From a virus: a stretch of DNA of 64,000 bases. The stretch lies in the IMG/VR virus record IMGVR_UViG_3300010370_000027, one strand, 5' to 3'. The notes under the pieces were generated by a model, which saw only the letters and a program-made list of their open reading frames with translations, was not told where the DNA came from and did not search any database. The position numbers and the translations under genes are program-made. Numbering within the stretch: position 1 is the first letter of the stretch; every line of letters begins with the position of its first letter. Of the stretch, positions 37,932-48,186 are shown piece after piece.

Positions 37932-38000
37932 AAAAACCTCCACAGGTTAATCCCATAGAGGTAATTATACTTCACCGAATCATTCGGTATAAGACTTCTA

Positions 38001-38492
38001 CTAAAACTGCAAAACGCAATTATCAAAGCGCAACGTGAGGGAGATCTCCATCGGGCCGCCGTCTTCGTAGGTAACTTCACCGAAGTTGGCTTCAGTTATA
38101 AAAGCACCCTTGATGTCCCAGAGCTCCACGACAGTTCCAACGGGATCGAGCATCTTCAATTGGATGTCGCGCTTATAGAAGTCGGCGTATCCTGCACGAC
38201 CTGACACAGACTCGAAGTGGGTGCGGACCCATTCCATGACCTGCTGTGCGCCCGAAGGAGCAATTGGGTCGTGGAGTGTCACTGGGATCGTGTTGAATGT
38301 GGTCTTGCCGGCGAGGTAACGACGGCTGTTTATGAAGGGGACTTCGACCTCTTCCGTCGCGATCGTCGGTCGAGATGTCGTCTTGATGATGTAGGCGTCG
38401 ATGCCTTCAATCATGAGTACCCAACGATTCTTACGCTTGGGTTCGAATTTCGCGGGAATCATTGATTCAACGTTGAGTGTCTCAGCAGCCAT
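38001..38492 (-). CDS. Tail tube protein (T4 gp19-like)
   Basis: FEPKRKNRW, TLHDPIAPSGAQQVMEWVR, YADFYKRDIQL..LDPVGTVVELW.IKGAF, LTLRFD. Confidence 0.9.
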   Translation of the reverse strand: MAAETLNVESMIPAKFEPKRKNRWVLMIEGIDAYIIKTTSRPTIATEEVEVPFINSRRYLAGKTTFNTIPVTLHDPIAPSGAQQVMEWVRTHFESVSGRAGYADFYKRDIQLKMLDPVGTVVELWDIKGAFITEANFGEVTYEDGGPMEISLTLRFDNCVLQF

Positions 38493-38602
38493 GTTATTTT
38501 CTCCTTTGATCTTAGCAGAGTGATCAAGATTAACTATGAAAAAAAATTTTTTTTTACTATTTTTTTAACGAATTTATAATTCGAACAGAGGTACAAGAAT
38601 AG

Positions 38603-40261
38603 ATGGGTGCAGTTAAAGGCAGAGAGATGAGAGAGGTACAGTGTCCCCTTTGCTCCTCCTTCAAGAGCAAACGGCTGACGGCGTTCGAGGCTCACCTCGG
38701 TGGTGCTCACGCTACGACTGCGAAAGACTTGTGGGACTCCATGAACGGAGGACCCGGAAAGTGTGCGTGTGGGTGTGGCACAGAGACAAAATGGAAGAGT
38801 TGGTGGGACGGCTACTCAAGCGTTGTGAACGGTCACAACGGATCGATATACGCGGTGTGCTCTCCCGAGGAGGCCGAGGAAATATCGAGGAAGCGGTCGG
38901 ATGCGCTGAGAGGTAAATCGACTTGGTCCAAGGGGCTCACGAAGGAAACGGACGAGAGAGTTCGTCTCCGCGGAGAGGCAACGGCTAGAGGTCGAAAAGC
39001 GTCATTCGACTCGGGAGCGCTGACGTCTTGGAACAAGGGTGCGAGCACTGAGTCTGACGTGAGAGTGAAGAATGCATCCGAAAACTTGAAGAAGAGATAT
39101 GCGGAGGGTGAGATCGTCCCATGGGCAAAAGGTCTCTCCAAAGATTCCGACGTACGGGTTGCAAACATGGCCGCTCGGGTCTCACTAACGATGAGACGTG
39201 ACAACATCCGCAGAAGACTCGACGCTATGAAACGTCTCCCTACAGAAGAGATCAAGTCGAGAATAGAAGACCTCGGAATGTTGAAGGTAATCGGCGGGCT
39301 AGAGGAGTACGTCAACGACGCACAGAAGGTGATACAAGTGGAGTGCGGGGGCTGTGGCGAGCAGTTCACAGGATCCCTCAGGTCGCTACAGTATGGTAAA
39401 TGCTTTAAGTGCTCTCCTGGTGGATCGGCTGCGCAGGAGAGATTGGCCAAGTGGATTGAGAAGCTAGGAGTCGAAGTGAAGAGAAACGACAGGTCATCTC
39501 TCGACAACGGTCTCGAGCTCGACATACACGCGATAGGATCGTCTTTTGCCGTCGAATACAACGGCCTCTATTGGCATTCTCACGCGAACAGATCGACGTT
39601 ATACCACTCCAATAAGACTGCGGCCGCAGGACGTTCAGGAATAAGTCTGATGCACGTATTTGAGGACGAGTGGAGGGACAAGTCAGAGATAGTCAAGTCC
39701 ATGATTCTCTCCCGCCTCGGCATGTCTCCTAGCAAAATTGGGGCACGAAAATGCTCTGTGAGGGAATTGAGTTCTCAGGAGAGAAAAGCCTTCTTTGAAG
39801 AAAACCACATCGATGGCGACACTGCGGCGGCGCGCGCTTGGGGATTAGTGTACGACGAATCGACCGTCTATGCGGTATCGATCAGGAAGCCGTTCCACAA
39901 ACGAGAGTCAACAATGGAAGTCGCGAGATGTTGTCCAAAGAAAGGATGCAATGTGCAGGGTGGCCTAAGTCGTCTCATGAAGACTGTAGCGGAAGAATGC
40001 AGAAAAGAAGGCATCAAGAACCTAATGACTTACGTGGACACTCGCCTCGGTGGCGCGGGCGAAGGTTACGAGAAGGCAGGTTTCAAGGCGATCAGCAAGA
40101 CTCCGCCGCGATTTTGGTGGACAGACTTCACGAATCGTTTCAACAGATTCAAGTACAAGGCTGACTCGAAGAACGGACTGACGGAAGCAGCAGTTGCAGA
40201 GACCGCAGGTGTCGTGAAGATATGGGGTTGCGAGAACATAGTCTACACGATGGAAATATAG
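38603..40261 (+). mobile_element. Free-standing Hef-like homing endonuclease gene
   Basis: Zinc finger and CACGCG; three WxKGxxxxxDxRV repeats; ELDI...AVEYNGLYWHS...LMHVFEDEW nuclease core; opposite to the tail operon; TATAAT at 38575. Confidence 0.72.
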
Positions 40262-40264
40262 AAA

Positions 40265-40286
40265 GGTCAGGAATCTCTTCCTGACC
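40265..40286 (-). terminator. Intrinsic terminator with GAGA tetraloop
   Basis: GGTCAGGAA-GAGA-TTCCTGACC-TTTCT between convergent genes. Confidence 0.7.
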
Positions 40287-40314
40287 CATCCATTCCGATT
40301 TCTTAGAGGTCTAG

Positions 40315-40701
40315 TCAGCGATTAGCTCGGACGGCTGCGGCCCAAGTGCCGTCGTCGTCCTCATCAGTATCTGTCTGAGCTGCCTCGTGCGCATCCTTGA
40401 GATAGTCAGCCAAGCCTGTATGGAAGTGGCTCAGTGCGGCCTGAAGGTCTTCCACTTCCTCTGCTGTGATGCTCTCTCCTCGACCGTCGAGAATCATGTC
40501 GAGATTCTTCCTGTCTTCGCGGGAAAGAGCAGCATAGGCTCGAGCGAAGTCCATGAGGTCGTCGACCGACATGGGCCCCTCTTCCTCTGTGTCCATCGGA
40601 TCCATCCTGTCCTCGATGAGGCGCCTGTTCTGACGCTCCAGAAGGGCTGAGGAAATCTCCTCGTTAATAAGGTCAGTTAACTGTTGACGTGTTATTCTCA
40701 T
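40315..40701 (-). CDS. Acidic hypothetical protein, probable internal head protein
   Basis: MRITRQQLTDLINEEI leader; GAGGA SD. Confidence 0.6.
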   Translation of the reverse strand: MRITRQQLTDLINEEISSALLERQNRRLIEDRMDPMDTEEEGPMSVDDLMDFARAYAALSREDRKNLDMILDGRGESITAEEVEDLQAALSHFHTGLADYLKDAHEAAQTDTDEDDDGTWAAAVRANR

Positions 40702-40708
40702 TTATTCC

Positions 40709-43700
40709 TCACTGAACCTGCTGAAGGTTGTTTGCAACCACGAAGTCGAGCGAGACGAATTCAATGCTCTTCGTGGGCTGTACGAATATCTTACCACGAA
40801 TTGTATTGTTTTCTATGTCGTCCTGTGTAGTTGTCGAGGAGTCGATCACGACCTTGAATCTCTCGAGACCGCTGAGCTGCTGAATTCTCTGGAGGCGTGG
40901 TGTGACCGCCGCAGAGAAGCGAGCGAGAGTTGCCTCGCGGTTTGGTTCGAAGAGGATCGTCTGTGCGATGTCGCGGACCTGACGACGGATGTCGATGAGG
41001 AGGCGGCGGACGTTGACTCTGTCGAGAGCTGAGGCCGAAACCTGAAGTGTCTTCTGTCCCCAGACCACGATGCCACCGCGTGGGTTTGTTCCCGCCTGTG
41101 GACCGCCGACGAAGGAAACGATCGGGTTGATCGAGACGTCGTAGAGTTTGTCCATGTCTCCCTGTGAGAGCTTGACGCGTGGCTCGAGAGCGTCCTGTGG
41201 GAGAGCGCCGCGAGTGAATCCTGCGGGAGCGAACCACGGATGTCCTACGCTGTCGTTGAGAGCGAGAGCTCCGAGGACGAGAACAGAGGGTGGAGCGTAG
41301 ACGTTCTTGCCCGTTGGATCACGGTAGAGGACGTCTGGGAAGTATGCCGCTGCGAACGATGAGTCGACCGAGCGATTTACGAACGTATCTACGGTTCTCA
41401 CGACCGAAGGAAGCTGTGTCTCTGCCTTGACAGATTCGTTGTTCTCATCGACCTGCTCAACGTCCATGATGTAGAGAGCGTCGAATCTCTCTTCAACGGC
41501 GAGCGTTGCTGCATCTGTGACGATGGGCTCACGAACACCAGGAAGCGCGAGGAGCTGAATGTCTACGTTTGACGTGTTCTTCATGACGTCGAGCGCCTTG
41601 AGGTAGGTCCTTACGTTCGGTCCTTCCTCTGGCTTGCTGGCTCTCTGGTTTGAGACTACCATGTCAGCAGCAACTGCAGCGTTGCTGATCTCTGTCTCTT
41701 CTGCATCGAAGATGTTTGTTCCGTCAAATCCGCCTTGCATGATGAAGGAGAACTTGGCAAACTGCTTGTTAGAGCTGATGTCTTCGACCTTGAAGAATCT
41801 TACCTTGCTCTCGTCACCAGGTGACCTTGCGGCAATTTCTGCAGCATTGACTGACTCACCGTTACGAGAATAGACGGCGTAGACCCACTTGTTAGGATCG
41901 GCAAGACCGTTTGATCCAGTAACAACCTGAACGTTCTCTAGCGAGAAGAAGTTGTTGCAGAACCTGTCAGCATCTATTATTCCGAACGCAGCTGTATCAG
42001 GTTGTCCTGGATTGCTTCCTGTAACGAACTTTGCTTCTGTGACAGCGAACGACGGGAAGAACTTAGCGAAAGACTTGAGAGAGTTGTTCGCAACAACACT
42101 GTCATTCTTCTTCTGAAGAGCTGCTGGGTGCTCGAACTGAACTCCCCAGTAGAAGCGGGAGTTGACCTGCTCTGTTGCTGTCCACTCTGTCGAAGTCGTT
42201 ATCTTCTTTCTGAAGGGAAGTGGAGGTGTAACAGAAGACTTCGCAGCATTTGTGAAAGAAAGAACTGTGTTATCCACTGCGCTGAAAGGTGCGAGAGGTG
42301 CAGATCCTGATGTGACGAGGTGATCTATTCCTCTGAAGCCCATTGGTATTGCTGTGGGATCAACAAATCCGTTCTCGACGTCAGGGTGTACTTCAACTCT
42401 GACGTAGTTAGATCTGTTCGGGTAGTTACCTTCGACGACGAGCTTCTGCTCAGATTCTTCACGATCGAAGTCGAAGTAGGCATACACGTCGCCTATGACC
42501 TTACCGATGTAGCGGTCTGAAGAAGGATCGAGGTTAACTCCTGCATAAACTTCTCTTGGAAGCTCCTTCTTGTCCTGGTCTCTGTCGCTCCAGTAGCGAA
42601 GTGTAAGAGTGAAGGATCCATACTTGTTGAGAGGATCGCTTGAAACCGTGATGTTGTCGACTGATACCTTGAACTGTGTTGAGGCTCCTGCGCCGTCGTC
42701 AAGGGCGTGAAGTCTAAAGAGGTTCTGGACCTTTCCACCGAACTTCTGAGAAACAACCCACGGAGAAACAGCGTGTGAGAATCTGTCCTCGAAGGATTCG
42801 TAAGCAGGAACTGTTGCGTTGCCCACGTTTCTTGCAAGTGAAGATGTGACGATGAATGCAGCAGGCTCCTTGCTAGAATTTCCTGTTACATCTGCACCGT
42901 AAGATGTCTTAACGAGGCCCGTACCTGTGACAACAGCGAGTGTTGGATGAATGTCCCAGTTTGCATAGAGGTAGTGTCCTGCCTCCTGAATCTTTGTTGG
43001 ATCAGTGTTGAACACGTTAGCGAAGTAGCTGCTCTTCGAAGTAGGGTCGAAAGAAGCCGTGATCGTATTTGGGTAACGTGAGTCTGTTCCCTTGTGTCCG
43101 TTGAGGAAGAGGACGAACTCCTGGGAAGGACTCGATCCGTCGGAAAGAGAGACAAATCCAACTGAGGAGCCCTTTGCAGCAGAATCAGTTCCAGGTGTGG
43201 TTGACGTAGGTGCAACACCTCCACCGCCCACAGAGGAAGAAAGTCTGAGAATTACTCCCGACGGAGCCATGATAACGCCTCTGATGATCGGAAGCGACGA
43301 TGTGACACCAGGCGTTACCGATCCAGGTCCTTGAAGTCCTGCCTCGCTGAAGTATGTGGATCCAGCAGATTCAGACATGAAGCAACCGAGAAAGTAAAGA
43401 CGACCCTCAGGAGCGCTTACTCCTCCCACAGCGTATGGGTTTGCAGAAATGGAACCGTCAGAATCAGGAAGACTCTCACCGACCACGAATCCTGCAGAAG
43501 TGACCTTACCAGAGGTCGAGTTCCTCTTGCGGCCGTCGCCCACGCCGAGAACCCTTAGATACGTAACTGACTGAGCGTATCTAAGCCATTCCACGACAGC
43601 AAGGGGACCAAACTTCTTTCCGTCTGTCTGACCAAACTTGGAATACCAATCGGAAAGATTACCGACTGTGACTGGAACGAACGCAGGTCCTTTCAGAGAG

Positions 43701-43807
43701 GTTCCCACAATTCCTGCAGGTATACCGACAGGTTGTTGCGTAGTTGGTCCTGAGATATCGATCTCTCTTGCCGTTACGCCTGCGCTTCCGAATTTCAGTT
43801 GTGCCAT
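40709..43807 (-). CDS. Tail sheath protein, paralog 2
   Basis: AGVTAREID, GTSLKGPAFVPV, PWFAPAGFTRG, VVWGQKTLQ..SALDRVNVRRLL, FEPN, IEFVSLDF. Confidence 0.92.
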   Translation of the reverse strand: MAQLKFGSAGVTAREIDISGPTTQQPVGIPAGIVGTSLKGPAFVPVTVGNLSDWYSKFGQTDGKKFGPLAVVEWLRYAQSVTYLRVLGVGDGRKRNSTSGKVTSAGFVVGESLPDSDGSISANPYAVGGVSAPEGRLYFLGCFMSESAGSTYFSEAGLQGPGSVTPGVTSSLPIIRGVIMAPSGVILRLSSSVGGGGVAPTSTTPGTDSAAKGSSVGFVSLSDGSSPSQEFVLFLNGHKGTDSRYPNTITASFDPTSKSSYFANVFNTDPTKIQEAGHYLYANWDIHPTLAVVTGTGLVKTSYGADVTGNSSKEPAAFIVTSSLARNVGNATVPAYESFEDRFSHAVSPWVVSQKFGGKVQNLFRLHALDDGAGASTQFKVSVDNITVSSDPLNKYGSFTLTLRYWSDRDQDKKELPREVYAGVNLDPSSDRYIGKVIGDVYAYFDFDREESEQKLVVEGNYPNRSNYVRVEVHPDVENGFVDPTAIPMGFRGIDHLVTSGSAPLAPFSAVDNTVLSFTNAAKSSVTPPLPFRKKITTSTEWTATEQVNSRFYWGVQFEHPAALQKKNDSVVANNSLKSFAKFFPSFAVTEAKFVTGSNPGQPDTAAFGIIDADRFCNNFFSLENVQVVTGSNGLADPNKWVYAVYSRNGESVNAAEIAARSPGDESKVRFFKVEDISSNKQFAKFSFIMQGGFDGTNIFDAEETEISNAAVAADMVVSNQRASKPEEGPNVRTYLKALDVMKNTSNVDIQLLALPGVREPIVTDAATLAVEERFDALYIMDVEQVDENNESVKAETQLPSVVRTVDTFVNRSVDSSFAAAYFPDVLYRDPTGKNVYAPPSVLVLGALALNDSVGHPWFAPAGFTRGALPQDALEPRVKLSQGDMDKLYDVSINPIVSFVGGPQAGTNPRGGIVVWGQKTLQVSASALDRVNVRRLLIDIRRQVRDIAQTILFEPNREATLARFSAAVTPRLQRIQQLSGLERFKVVIDSSTTTQDDIENNTIRGKIFVQPTKSIEFVSLDFVVANNLQQVQ

Positions 43808-43829
43808 TTATCTGCTCCCAATTTCTTTC

Positions 43830-43836
43830 TAACTAT
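43830..43836 (-). promoter_or_regulatory. Putative late promoter ATAGTTA (representative of the ATANTTA motif)
   Basis: The same motif precedes the tube (38531), both sheaths (43830, 46924), neck (50298), long fibre (60916) and other genes. Confidence 0.65.
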
Positions 43837-43853
43837 GTGCCTGAAGGCGAATT

Positions 43854-46800
43854 TCAGACGAATTGAACACCGCTATTTGTAACGATGAAGTCGATCGCGA
43901 TGTATTCCACCACGCGAGTTGGAACGACGACAATTCTACCATTGAGGCGATTGAGGTCGTAATCCTCTTGCGTGTTGTTCGATTCGTTCATTATGACCTG
44001 GAATGCTTCGACGCCGGCCTGTGATTGTATGAGTCCCAATTGGAACGAAGCGTCTGCAACGAACTTGTTGCGAACTGCAGGTGTGTTCTGTTCGAACACA
44101 AGGCGTTGAGCTATTCCCATGATGATTCTCTTGATCTCGAGCATCAATCTACGAACGTTGACTCTGTCGAGGGCTGACTTGTTGATCTTGAGCGTCTTCT
44201 GGCCGTAGATCACGTAGCCGAGTCTCGGGAACGAGGCGATCGGGTTGATGCGTGATTCATAGAGTCTGTCCTTGTCAGCTCCACCGAGTCTCACTGCGAC
44301 GTTGCTAACAAAGTCGAGAGCAGCTCGGTTGAATCCTGCGGGAGCAAACCATGGGTAAGTGACTCTGTCGTTGAATGCCAAAGCTCCGAGAGCTGCAACA
44401 GAGGCAGGAACCTTGACCTTTCTGCGGTTCGTTGCGTCGTCGATGAAGATGTCGGGGTAGTAGACGGCCGTGTAGTCGTTGTCTATTGCCCTCGAGTCGA
44501 AGTTAGCCGCGGTCTGGTTTATGTTCGGCTTGTTTGTCGAATCATCGAATATTCTGTTTCCGTTGTCGTCATACGAAGGAACGTCCATGACGTACATCGA
44601 AAGACCGTAATCTCTAACCTTTTGCATTGTCTTGTCAGAGATGTAAGTCTCACGAATACCAGGTATTGCGAGTATGTTGTTGTTCGACATGAGTGGGTTC
44701 GTCATGATGTCGACGGCGGCAAGATATGATGCGACGCCATTGTTATTGACATCTTGACCAGATGGATTCGACGAGAAGCCTGAGATGCTGTTGTTTGCAG
44801 ATGCACCACCGGAAGACTCAAAGGAGACAGACTTATCATTGAGACGACGTGCATCTCTGTTGAGGAAGTTTGTTCCGTCGAAGCCGCCATGCATGAAGTT
44901 TGTGAACTTAGCATAGGCTGAGAATCTGTTGAACTGGGCTGCGGTTCCCGTAGAGAGAAGAGTTGCGAACGTCATTCTCTTTCTACCACCTTCAGACCAC
45001 GTGTAATCAGTCGTGCTCAGTCTTGCGTTTCTAACGTAAGCAGCTTCTCTCATGTGGTTGTTAACAGAGCTTGTGAGCTCTGAGAGCTGTTGGTTGTAGA
45101 AGGCTACCTTCGAAAGAGAGAACTTGTTGTTGTGAAGATTGTCAGAATACGATCCTGTCGTGAGAGCATCAAGCTTTTCGATGCCGCAGAACTTGGTGAT
45201 CGATTCAAGAAGTCCGTCCTTCTCAGAGACGATGTTTGAGTTGAGGACGTTTATCGAATCAGCACTCGAAGCCGTCGAAGATCTCTCGAACTTAACGCCC
45301 CAGTAATAAGCCACGTTGGCTTGCTCAGATGGCCCAGGTGCTCCATCAAATCCTGCGCCTGACGTCTCGCCCCTTGTCACCTTGTATCTGTGTGGCACTG
45401 GTGGGAGGAAGGAGCTGCTCATCGATGTATATGATCCTAAGACTCCGCCGAGACGAGAATCAGTCGACTTGAGAGCATCAGAAACCTTGAGAGAAGGATT
45501 CACCTTGAGGAGGCTTGGTCCTCTAAATCCGAAAGGAAGCGCATTCGAAGGAATTGTTCCTCTCTCTATCTCAGGGCTCATGACTATTCTAACGTACTTC
45601 GAATTGTTCGCATACTTTCCTGTTGCAGCGAGTCGCTTCTCTGTGGGATTAGAAGCATCGAAATTGTAGTAGACCTTTCTGTCTCCTATGAGCTTGGCAA
45701 CGTAATTCTCAGAATTCGGATCGAGGGAACAGTTAGTGAATTGTTCAAGAATATTCAAGGACGTATCGGTGTCGTCCCAAGCGCGAATCTGTACGTTGAA
45801 CGTGCCGTAGGAATAAGCATCGTTGGTCGAAGCCTTTATGTTGCTTATGGAGACCTTGTAGAGATTATTTGCATATTCTCCGTCGTCAAGAGCTTCGACC
45901 TTAAAGAGGTCGTACTCTGTGTTTCCAAAAGGTTGCGATATGAAGAAGCTTGTTGACGGTGCCTTAAATCTTGTGTCGTAAGATCCAAAGACTTCCCTGA
46001 ATGTGAGACTTGTCTTTCCGTCGGAGCTGACATTGCTCGATCCAGAGAGGACTGCGACAGGGCTTGCAGATGCTACGGAGGCTACGTTGGGGTCAACGGC
46101 AAAGTCAGCATGGAGGTAGTGCTGCTCCTGATAGAACTTGTCAGGATCTGTATTGAGAATCTTCCCGAAGTAATCCTTGTCAGAAGGATCAAAAGAAGCA
46201 GTTAGAACCTTGACGCCAGAAGATCCATCGACGGTTGAGAATGCCGAACCGAGAGAAGAAGATATGACGATCTTGAACTTAGAAGAAGCGTCTACTTGAG
46301 TTGCATCAAGCGTGGCAGGTCCCAGACCGACAGCAGCAGCAGAACTGGTGAGAACCATTATTCTGGCTGTGTTTGGTGTCATAATGAGGCCTCTCACAAG
46401 ATTGACACGCGAGCCGTTGACTGTGTCATTGTCATTGAAGACCGGCATTCCGAATGCGCCGTTTGACGTTGGAACGTGCTCGGCTACCAAGAACTGAACC
46501 GTTCCAAGGGAACGCTTGTCGTCTGATAGAGCATCGACGCCACCAGGAAGGGTAAAGCCTGCGTTCTTTACTGTTCCGTAAGAAAGTGTCTCAGAGAGAT
46601 CTGCGTCGGTTGAATTCGCTCCTGCACCGAGGACTCTAGTGTATGTTAAGGCTGCGCGATGCTTCAAGAACTCGTTGACGGCATAGGGTCCATAATGCTT
46701 TGGATCAAGGTTGCCAAAAGTCTGTGAGAACTCATTGAAGTTGGACACGGTAACAGGAACGAAAGCGGGTCCTTTGTTCGAGGTACCGATCACGGCAGCG

Positions 46801-46889
46801 GGGACGCCCACGGGTCCGGTGATGGTTGGAGCTGAAAGGTCAATTTCACGCTCATAAAAGTTGGGCGACTTAAATGTCTGCTCGGCCAT
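43854..46889 (-). CDS. Tail sheath protein, paralog 1
   Basis: SPNFYEREID, GTSNKGPAFVPV, PWFAPAGFNR, IYGQKTL..SALDRVNVRRL, FEQN, VEYIAIDF. Confidence 0.92.
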   Translation of the reverse strand: MAEQTFKSPNFYEREIDLSAPTITGPVGVPAAVIGTSNKGPAFVPVTVSNFNEFSQTFGNLDPKHYGPYAVNEFLKHRAALTYTRVLGAGANSTDADLSETLSYGTVKNAGFTLPGGVDALSDDKRSLGTVQFLVAEHVPTSNGAFGMPVFNDNDTVNGSRVNLVRGLIMTPNTARIMVLTSSAAAVGLGPATLDATQVDASSKFKIVISSSLGSAFSTVDGSSGVKVLTASFDPSDKDYFGKILNTDPDKFYQEQHYLHADFAVDPNVASVASASPVAVLSGSSNVSSDGKTSLTFREVFGSYDTRFKAPSTSFFISQPFGNTEYDLFKVEALDDGEYANNLYKVSISNIKASTNDAYSYGTFNVQIRAWDDTDTSLNILEQFTNCSLDPNSENYVAKLIGDRKVYYNFDASNPTEKRLAATGKYANNSKYVRIVMSPEIERGTIPSNALPFGFRGPSLLKVNPSLKVSDALKSTDSRLGGVLGSYTSMSSSFLPPVPHRYKVTRGETSGAGFDGAPGPSEQANVAYYWGVKFERSSTASSADSINVLNSNIVSEKDGLLESITKFCGIEKLDALTTGSYSDNLHNNKFSLSKVAFYNQQLSELTSSVNNHMREAAYVRNARLSTTDYTWSEGGRKRMTFATLLSTGTAAQFNRFSAYAKFTNFMHGGFDGTNFLNRDARRLNDKSVSFESSGGASANNSISGFSSNPSGQDVNNNGVASYLAAVDIMTNPLMSNNNILAIPGIRETYISDKTMQKVRDYGLSMYVMDVPSYDDNGNRIFDDSTNKPNINQTAANFDSRAIDNDYTAVYYPDIFIDDATNRRKVKVPASVAALGALAFNDRVTYPWFAPAGFNRAALDFVSNVAVRLGGADKDRLYESRINPIASFPRLGYVIYGQKTLKINKSALDRVNVRRLMLEIKRIIMGIAQRLVFEQNTPAVRNKFVADASFQLGLIQSQAGVEAFQVIMNESNNTQEDYDLNRLNGRIVVVPTRVVEYIAIDFIVTNSGVQFV

Positions 46890-46952
46890 TATCTAATCTC
46901 CTTCAATCAGTGATTCTGTGACATAACTATCACTGATAAATGCAAGAAGACT

Positions 46953-48179
46953 CTACTTAATCACAACAATTTCTAGATCTTCAAGCGATGCGCCTGTATA
47001 AACAGTTTCTCCCTTGGAAGTTGTGTTTCTTACTTTGATATATCCCCTAGGAATTCCAAGAGAAGCAGGGTCGCTCTCAAGAACTGCAGGATCGTCTGAG
47101 GAGCCTATTGCATAAACTTTTTGTTGTCTCCAGCCAACGTCTCTTTGATCATCCCTGTTGTTTTGCTGTTCATCAAGAGGAAGAGTTGGATCATCAGAGC
47201 CAAGCACGTACTTCGAGTCACCTGATTCCTCAGAGATTGAGGGATAAGCGTTGGTATCAAAACTTACGAAAGGAGAAGAAACATAGCGCTTGATGGGAAT
47301 AGGAAGGCCTGGCGCAGAAGATACGAAAAAGTAGGCAGGAACCGTAACGCTAAATGTGTGCTTGATGTATCGCTCCTGTTGCGACATGTCATCAAAATTT
47401 GTCTCTGTATCGAAAGAGCCTTCATCCACTTTTGCAATGAACCAATAACCCTTTGCGGTGTCAAGACGCCAAGACTGTCCCTGGGGTAAGAAGGAGCTGA
47501 ATATTTTCTCAAGAACCTGGTTGGCGTGCTGCGTGTACTGTGTCCAAATCGTTACCTGATATTTCGCTGTATAGAACTGCGGCATCGGAACAACAAGCGT
47601 CTCGTATACGTTGTTCCTTAGATTTGGAGCAAGATAAGCACCGTCCTTGACGAATTTTTTTCCCGAGAGAGAGCCTGTGCTCCTATCAGAAGAAAGACCT
47701 GCAGGGGATGAATTGCTAGCGCTGGTCTGATTCGGTAGAAAAATCTTGTTAATTAAGTTCTGATAGTTTCTATCTGACTTATCCAGTCTTCTTTTAACAA
47801 CTATCTCTCCTAGCTGCTGATTTATTCCCCTACCGACTACGTCTTCGCCGACGCTTTGATTAAGCTCTGTCCTCATAATAGTGATGAGTGGCAAAATAAG
47901 CGTATTGTTTTTGTCTCTCAAGAGATTGCCCTTCTTCAAGAGAGCCCATTTCTCTCCTGCAGCAAAGATGACAGGAACCTTCTTGAGCGGTGAGGAATCT
48001 ATTCCCCCGCACTGAGCAGATATCTCTTTGTCAAATAAGTTGAACATAGACATATCAACGTCTTCTATTCCGCAAGAGGGAATAGAAAATTCAGGAGCTC
48101 CTGCCACATTCTCGTAGCCGGTGGGCAGAGGTGACTGCCCAAAGTTTCTCTTGGCATTTGATTTTAATCTAGTCGACAT
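46953..48179 (-). CDS. Tail terminator/sheath stabiliser (gp15-like)
   Basis: IEDVD, VPVIFAAGEKW, LPLITIMR, YQVTIWTQY; position between neck and sheath genes. Confidence 0.6.
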   Translation of the reverse strand: MSTRLKSNAKRNFGQSPLPTGYENVAGAPEFSIPSCGIEDVDMSMFNLFDKEISAQCGGIDSSPLKKVPVIFAAGEKWALLKKGNLLRDKNNTLILPLITIMRTELNQSVGEDVVGRGINQQLGEIVVKRRLDKSDRNYQNLINKIFLPNQTSASNSSPAGLSSDRSTGSLSGKKFVKDGAYLAPNLRNNVYETLVVPMPQFYTAKYQVTIWTQYTQHANQVLEKIFSSFLPQGQSWRLDTAKGYWFIAKVDEGSFDTETNFDDMSQQERYIKHTFSVTVPAYFFVSSAPGLPIPIKRYVSSPFVSFDTNAYPSISEESGDSKYVLGSDDPTLPLDEQQNNRDDQRDVGWRQQKVYAIGSSDDPAVLESDPASLGIPRGYIKVRNTTSKGETVYTGASLEDLEIVVIK

Positions 48180-48186
48180 TTATCCC

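Noticed and set aside
38833-39561. 242-aa minus-strand ORF
   Set aside because: Entirely antisense to the endonuclease gene and has no motifs.
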